From positions 1 through 18,478 of the forward strand of contig DAOWGI010000116.1 of NCBI GenBank assembly GCA_030637655.1: 18,478 nucleotides of DNA, in the 5' to 3' direction. This stretch comes from a candidate division FCPU426 bacterium. GTDB lineage: Bacteria > Oederibacteriota > JAAXVQ01 > JAUVAV01. Both the position numbers and the translations under genes were made by a program. Positions 14,772 to 18,478 of the stretch are shown here, piece after piece (the first letter of the stretch is position 1; the number at the start of each line of letters is the position of its first letter). Below the pieces are notes generated by a model. The model worked only from the letters and a program-made list of their open reading frames with translations, had not been told where the DNA came from and searched no databases.

Positions 14772-17594
14772 ATGGGTTCAACAAAAAAAGCAGCGAGCAA
14801 GAAAAAATTCGTCTATTTCTTTGGAAATGGAAAAGCCGAGGGTAACGGCACTATGCGTGATTTGCTGGGAGGCAAGGGTGCAGGCTTGGCGGAGATGACC
14901 AATGCGGGAGTTCCAGTACCTGCCGGTTTTACCATTACTACTGAAACCTGTAATCTGTACTACGCGAATAAGAGAAAAGTACCTGTTGGTTTGGATGATC
15001 AGATCAAAACCAATCTGGTCAAACTGGAAAAAGCCATGGGTAAAAAATTCGGAGATCCGAAAAATACGCTTTTGGTCTCAGTTCGTTCCGGTTCCAAGTT
15101 TTCCATGCCCGGCATGATGGATACCATTTTAAACTTGGGACTCAACGATGTCACTGTACAGGGTATAGCAGCCGCAACCGGCAATGATCGTTTTGCCTAT
15201 GACAGCTATCGTCGCTTTATTTCCATGTTCGGAAGCGTTGTTTTGGAAATAGAAAAAGACATCTATGAAAAAGCACTCTCTGCCAAAAAGCGGGAACTGG
15301 GTATCAAATTGGACACAGACCTTTCGGCTGATGATCTTAAAGATCTGGTTATGAAATTTAAAAAGATTACCCGCGAAGAAGCGGGCAAAGATTTTCCTCA
15401 AGATACTATGACGCAGCTCAATATGTCACGTGACGCGGTATTTCGCTCCTGGAACAATGATCGTGCCATCTACTATCGCAAAATGCATGATATCGCCGCC
15501 AACCTGGGTACAGCAGTTAATATTCAGGCCATGGTATTTGGAAACATGGGTAATGATTCCGGGACCGGTGTCGGCTTCACCCGCAATCCTTCCACTGGTG
15601 AAAATGTTTTTTATGGCGAATACTTGACCAACGCGCAAGGTGAAGACGTGGTGGCTGGTGTGCGAACTCCTAACCCGATTGCCAAGTTGGAAGAAGAAAT
15701 GCCGGCAGTATTCAAACAATTGCACGGCATTACCAAGCGCTTGGAAAAACATTATAAAGATGTTCAGGATTTTGAATTCACCATTGAGAAGGGCAGATTG
15801 TACATGCTGCAGACGCGTGCCGGAAAACGTACTGCGCAGGCAGCGATCCGTATTGCCGTGGAAATGGTAAAAGAAGGCTTGATCAGCAAAGATATGGCGA
15901 TTCAGCGCGTGTTGCCCAAAGATTTGGATCAATTGCTCCATCCGATCATTGATCCCAAAGCGGATTTGACGGTTTTGGCTAAAGGCTTGCCGGCCTCTCC
16001 AGGGGCTGCTGCCGGTAAGATCGTCTTTACCGCGGGAGATGCCGTGCGCTGGGCTGAAGAGCTGGATGAGGATGTCATCTTAGTTCGGGAAGAAACCTGT
16101 CCGGACGACATTCACGGCATGGAGGTGTCCAAAGGTATTTTGACTGCCCGCGGCGGTATGACTTCCCACGCGGCCGTGGTGGCGCGCGGCTGGGGCAAAT
16201 GCTGCGTGGCCGGTTGCGAAGATATTAAAATTGCTGAAGACGGCAAGTCTTTTGAAGTCAATGGCAAAACCTTCAAAGAAGGCGACTGGATTTCACTCAA
16301 TGGTGCTACCGGAGAGTTGTTGGAAGGCAAAGTGCAGACCATGGATCCGGAACTCTCCGGTGAATTTGCTGAATTCATGAACTGGGCTGATCAGTATCGC
16401 AAACTCAAGGTTCGCGCTAATGCGGATATTCCGCGTGATGCGAACAAAGCCCGCGAATTTGGAGCTGAGGGTATCGGACTCTGCCGCACTGAGCATATGT
16501 TCTTTGCTGAAGATCGTTTGCCGCACATGCGGGCCATGATTTTAGCTACAGAAGAAGAGGCTCGCCACGAAGCATTGCGGCAGTTGTTGCCCATGCAGCG
16601 TTCGGACTTCAAAGGTTTGTTTGACAGCATGCAAGGCTTTCCAGTTACCATTCGTTTGCTGGATCCGCCTTTGCACGAATTCCTGCCCAAACGCGAAGAG
16701 TTGATGCTTGAAGTAGCTAAACTTGAAGCTGCCAATCCGGATGCGCCTGAATTGGAGGAAAAGAAAAAAATATTATCACGCGTGCAGGAATTACATGAAT
16801 TAAATCCCATGTTGGGACACCGTGGTTGCCGTCTGGGGATATCCTATCCGGAGATCACCGAGATGCAGGTCCGCGCCATTGCTGAAGCAGCAGCAGAATG
16901 CCATGCCGAAGGCAATAAAGTAGTGCCTGAAATCATGATCCCGCTGGTTGGCAATGTGCTTGAGTTCAAAGACCAGAAAGAGATCGCAGAACGCGTTGTT
17001 AATGAGGTTAAAAAAGAAAAGGGCGTGAAGTTTGATTACCAGATCGGGACCATGATTGAATTGCCGCGTGCTGCCTTGACAGCGGATGAAATTGCCGAAC
17101 AAGCGCAGTTCTTTTCCTTTGGCACCAATGATTTGACGCAGACCACCTTGGGCTTTTCGCGCGATGATGCCGGTAAAGTGATTGCCTGCTACGAGGAAAA
17201 GAAAATCCTGAAAAAGGATCCTTTTCAGACCATTGATGTTGCCGGTGTGGGTCAGTTGGTTCAGATGGCGGTGGACAAAGGCCGCATGGCTCGGCCAAAC
17301 ATCAAATTGGGTATCTGCGGTGAGCATGGTGGAGATCCGGCTTCGGTTTATTTCTGTCACAAAGTCGGTCTGAACTATGTTTCTTGCTCTCCGTATCGGG
17401 TGCCAATTGCCCGCCTGGCAGCAGCGCGGGCAGCATTGGAAGAAAAATTGGCTGCCAAAAAGCCCAAAGCAGCGAAGAAGAAACCGGCTGCCAAACCGGC
17501 AAAAAAGGCTGTCAAAAAAGCGGTTAAGACCGTGAAGAAGGTAAAAAAGGCAGTGAAAAAGGCAGTAAAGAAAGCAGCTCCAAAAGGAAAGTAA
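14772..17594 (+). CDS. ppdK: pyruvate, phosphate dikinase with a Lys/Ala-rich C-terminal extension
   Basis: LLGGKGAGLAEM, LVSVRSG, SMPGMMDTILNLG, NAQGEDVVAGVRTP, phospho-His motif GGMTSHAAVVAR, GIGLCRTEHMF, FSFGTNDLTQ, GICGEHGGDP, VSCSPYRVPIARLAAA. Confidence 0.98.
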   Translation: MGSTKKAASKKKFVYFFGNGKAEGNGTMRDLLGGKGAGLAEMTNAGVPVPAGFTITTETCNLYYANKRKVPVGLDDQIKTNLVKLEKAMGKKFGDPKNTLLVSVRSGSKFSMPGMMDTILNLGLNDVTVQGIAAATGNDRFAYDSYRRFISMFGSVVLEIEKDIYEKALSAKKRELGIKLDTDLSADDLKDLVMKFKKITREEAGKDFPQDTMTQLNMSRDAVFRSWNNDRAIYYRKMHDIAANLGTAVNIQAMVFGNMGNDSGTGVGFTRNPSTGENVFYGEYLTNAQGEDVVAGVRTPNPIAKLEEEMPAVFKQLHGITKRLEKHYKDVQDFEFTIEKGRLYMLQTRAGKRTAQAAIRIAVEMVKEGLISKDMAIQRVLPKDLDQLLHPIIDPKADLTVLAKGLPASPGAAAGKIVFTAGDAVRWAEELDEDVILVREETCPDDIHGMEVSKGILTARGGMTSHAAVVARGWGKCCVAGCEDIKIAEDGKSFEVNGKTFKEGDWISLNGATGELLEGKVQTMDPELSGEFAEFMNWADQYRKLKVRANADIPRDANKAREFGAEGIGLCRTEHMFFAEDRLPHMRAMILATEEEARHEALRQLLPMQRSDFKGLFDSMQGFPVTIRLLDPPLHEFLPKREELMLEVAKLEAANPDAPELEEKKKILSRVQELHELNPMLGHRGCRLGISYPEITEMQVRAIAEAAAECHAEGNKVVPEIMIPLVGNVLEFKDQKEIAERVVNEVKKEKGVKFDYQIGTMIELPRAALTADEIAEQAQFFSFGTNDLTQTTLGFSRDDAGKVIACYEEKKILKKDPFQTIDVAGVGQLVQMAVDKGRMARPNIKLGICGEHGGDPASVYFCHKVGLNYVSCSPYRVPIARLAAARAALEEKLAAKKPKAAKKKPAAKPAKKAVKKAVKTVKKVKKAVKKAVKKAAPKGK

Positions 17595-17609
17595 AAAGTC
17601 GTTATAGCC

Positions 17610-17644
17610 AAAAGCCCTGCACCGTCTGGTGCAGGGCTTTTTTT
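17610..17644 (+). terminator. intrinsic terminator of ppdK
   Basis: AAAAGCCCTGCACC(17610-17623)-GTCT-GGTGCAGGGCTTTT(17628-17641) plus T run. Confidence 0.92.
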
Positions 17645-17668
17645 AATAAAATAAAAAAAACCATAGGC

Positions 17669-17697
17669 TTGACAAATTTTAGGCGCCTGTCTAGACT
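17669..17697 (+). promoter_or_regulatory. sigma70-type promoter
   Basis: TTGACA(17669-17674), 17 nt, TAGACT(17692-17697); RBS GGAGG downstream. Confidence 0.7.
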
Positions 17698-17723
17698 TAT
17701 ATCAGGACTCCAGGGAGGCTAAA

Positions 17724-18281
17724 ATGGATAAAGTCAAGGGAACCGGTGTTTTAATGCTGAAGAAGCTCATTAAAGACCGGGGTGAGGCCTTTGAGCAGGA
17801 ATTCATGTCCCGACTGGACGTTGAGTCCAGGCAACAATGGGAAATCACTACCTGGGCGAGTTCCTGGGTCCACGCAAAGTTAGATGGTCCTGGCACCCTG
17901 CTGTACGAGACGGCCCTAAGCCTGTTTCCCGGGGACAATAACCGAGCCTTGCGTGAGCTGGGAAAGGTTATGGCCAAGAAGGGTTTGCCGCGGTTTTATC
18001 AGGTTTTTATCCGTATTCCCACGCCCCAGTTTGTGTTTAAACGCGTAGCTGCGTTGTGGGGGCGCTTCTATGATACAGGTGATGCCGGTCTTGAGAACTT
18101 GAATAAAAGCGGGGCGACGTTCGTGCTAAGGAATTATCCCGAGTACCCGTCTTACATGCGCGAATACATGGTGGGCTATTTATTGGGTTTAGGAGAAATA
18201 CTTCACTTGCGCGGTCATACAGTGAAAAAAGTAGAGGATAATCCCCAGGCCTGGCAATGGATTCTTTCCTGGAAAGTCTAG
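17724..18281 (+). CDS. DUF2378/TIGR02265-like standalone protein (possible V4R/H-NOX-related ligand-binding fold)
   Basis: VKGT at the N-terminus, ASSWV, LRELGK, FYQVFIRIPTPQFVFKRVAALWGRFYDTG, MVGYL; own promoter and RBS. Family call is by resemblance only. Confidence 0.6.
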   Translation: MDKVKGTGVLMLKKLIKDRGEAFEQEFMSRLDVESRQQWEITTWASSWVHAKLDGPGTLLYETALSLFPGDNNRALRELGKVMAKKGLPRFYQVFIRIPTPQFVFKRVAALWGRFYDTGDAGLENLNKSGATFVLRNYPEYPSYMREYMVGYLLGLGEILHLRGHTVKKVEDNPQAWQWILSWKV

Positions 18282-18333
18282 GAGCCTGTCCTGAGCAAAG
18301 CCGAAGGACTTCGAAATGACATGCGAAGGGCTC
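18282..18333. repeat. REP-like structured remnant
   Basis: GAGCC(18282-18286)/GGCTC(18329-18333) encloses GTCCT-GAGCAAAGCCGA-AGGAC and TTCG/CGAA. Confidence 0.4.
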
Positions 18334-18478
18334 GGAATGGGCATAATACTCAAAAAGTGTTGGTTTTTTGATGCCCTTTAAAGTAACAGTACCACCTCAG
18401 ATACGATTGTTTATGTGATTCAGAGAGACCTCGATGTCTTCTGAAATCAGCTTTAAGCCTAGAAAAGAAACTTTCAAG

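Noticed and set aside
15426-17611. Minus-strand and alternative-frame ORFs within ppdK
   Set aside because: Fully overlap a conserved gene; explained by codon bias.
18383-18445. Possible further GTAAC cassette end and a small hairpin at 18419-18445
   Set aside because: No partner inverted repeat inside the window and only a weak match to the other ends; cannot be assessed.

Overview
Bacterial chromosomal window with 15 credible genes, all on the + strand. The core is housekeeping: aspS, ybeY, a CNNM/CorC-HlyC transporter, recO, glyQ, glyS and ppdK. Accessory genes are mixed in: a YghO/bCerS-like GNAT acyltransferase, a WxxGxW-repeat lipoprotein followed by a collagen-stalk lipoprotein, a LysM lipoprotein, three uncharacterised membrane proteins (DUF2085-like, Yip1-like, small 2-TM) and a DUF2378-like protein. 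The most unusual content is intergenic. There are non-coding cassettes with GTAAC...GTTAC (IS66-type) ends and 8-bp target duplications, each enclosing a different hairpin element; two lie in tandem upstream of aspS and one sits at 9418-9631. There are also several GTAG- and GTCAT-type REP-like palindromes and an unexplained ~230-nt structured RNA candidate upstream of ybeY. PpdK carries a 47-aa histone-H1-like Lys/Ala tail. I saw no transposase, CRISPR array, tRNA or rRNA. All family calls come from recognising motifs by eye; no searches were run.
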